Virus record (IMG/VR): IMGVR_UViG_3300020034_000008
Location: 1-64,000 of that record
Source: a virus
DNA length: 64,000 bases
Direction: 5' to 3' (one strand)
The notes beneath the pieces were generated by a model. That model saw nothing but the letters and a program-made list of their open reading frames with translations, was not told where the DNA came from and made no database searches. This document shows positions 62,971 to 64,000 of this stretch, one piece after another. The position numbers and the translations under genes were made by a program. Position 1 is the first letter of the stretch. Every line of letters begins with the position of its first letter.

Positions 62971-64000
62971 ATGCCGACGATCGTAGTCGGAGCTATGACG
63001 AAGATACCTAAGCATCTTTTGCTTAGTGTCGACAAAGAGAAGAAGGCTCTGACTGTCAGCAATACTTCAAAGTGGATAAAGATAAAGCGTGGATTCGGAA
63101 AAGTAGCTGATGATGAACCTGACTTCTATTATCTCTTTGAAGAAGATAAACATAATCTTTATGTACCGCGAAATCACACGCCAGTTCTGCGTAACGATGT
63201 ACTTCGAGACCACGACTACAGAGTGATTACACCGGACTTCTCTTCTCGTAAGACTGTACTTGGAGTTGACAGAGTTAGTTTGGGGCCTAATGAGTGGCAA
63301 CCGGAAGACCAGCAACCAGCCTTTGACTCGTTAGTCAAGCCCACAGCTTGGCCCTATGGAAAGATTCTTGCTCTTAGGTGTGGTTTTGGCAAAACGGTTT
63401 GCGCATTGAAGGCGGCACACGCCAGGGGAGTACGTACACTTTGGGTGACAGTTACTACACTTTTGATTGAACAGATTAAGCCAGAGATAGAAAAGTGTCT
63501 TGGTATTCTGCCTGAAGATGTAGGGCACATTCAGGGTAATAAGCAGAACTGGAAGGGTCGTTCAATTTCAGTTGCCATGTTGCACACTCTTGCTTGTAGA
63601 GAGTATACGCAAGAGTTTTGGGATTACTTTGGTTTAATTATCTTTGACGAAGGAGATATGTTGGGTGTTAATACATTTAGCAAGATTGCTGGAAAGTTCT
63701 CAGGTGAACGATGGCTACTGACAGCAACACCAGAGCGCGACGACAAGATGGGCGTTCTGTTCGAGAAGCACACAGGGCCAGTATGCTACAAAAATTTAGA
63801 GTATACGTTGAAGCCAGATTGTTACATTGTAAAAACAGACGTCGACTCAAAGTGCGAACATAAGTCTGGATGGGATTCTGTACGCAGAGAGCAACGTACT
63901 CACTTTGCAGTTACAGCAAAGAAACTGTTACTTGATACTAATAGGCACGAGTTGCTATTGAGTCAGATTGCTAAAGCAACAGAACATGACCGGACTTGTC
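62971..64000 (+). CDS. superfamily 2 helicase (partial, runs off the window)
   Basis: Translated manually: CGFGKT (motif I), IIFDEGD (motif II), LTATPER (motif III); absent from the ORF track because it has no stop in the window. Confidence 0.9.
   Translation, partial: MPTIVVGAMTKIPKHLLLSVDKEKKALTVSNTSKWIKIKRGFGKVADDEPDFYYLFEEDKHNLYVPRNHTPVLRNDVLRDHDYRVITPDFSSRKTVLGVDRVSLGPNEWQPEDQQPAFDSLVKPTAWPYGKILALRCGFGKTVCALKAAHARGVRTLWVTVTTLLIEQIKPEIEKCLGILPEDVGHIQGNKQNWKGRSISVAMLHTLACREYTQEFWDYFGLIIFDEGDMLGVNTFSKIAGKFSGERWLLTATPERDDKMGVLFEKHTGPVCYKNLEYTLKPDCYIVKTDVDSKCEHKSGWDSVRREQRTHFAVTAKKLLLDTNRHELLLSQIAKATEHDRTC

Noticed and set aside
1-64000. Alternative genetic code
   Set aside because: Core genes are intact in code 11, and all three stop codons are used

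Overview
The window is 64 kb of a large tailed dsDNA phage with a contractile (myovirus-type) tail. The host is probably a Gram-negative Myxococcota/deltaproteobacterium; this is inferred from the Gly/Thr-rich lipoproteins, sigma54 motifs and chromosomal-type parS sites. Layout: (1) 1-3230, a leftward arm of small GC-richer hypothetical genes, probably early/host-takeover genes. (2) About 3230-4715, a non-coding divergent control region with eight sigma54 (-24/-12)-type motifs, an IHF-like site, phased palindromes and two parS-like palindromes. (3) 4716-18422, rightward accessory genes: a secreted/lipoprotein hydrolase cluster (S1 protease, GH5, crystallin-like protein, metzincin), ATP-dependent DNA ligase, RHH regulator, CHAP endolysin and SGNH hydrolase. 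(4) 18428-61877, the virion module: terminase, portal, scaffold, capsid, neck, sheath, an HNH inserted at the tube-gene start, tube, frameshifted tail chaperone, tape measure, baseplate, fibres and LamG proteins. (5) Three tRNAs (Ile-UAU, Thr-UGU, Leu-UAA) and the start of an SF2 helicase. The best candidate for an undescribed system is the cis-acting region: the early arm appears to use promoters of three host sigma classes (sigma54, sigma28, ECF-like), three of these promoters have a TTCGNCGAA palindrome just upstream, and they lie next to a gene-less array of sigma54 and ParB sites that could act as a host-protein decoy or recruitment platform. All calls come from reading motifs by eye; no searches were run.
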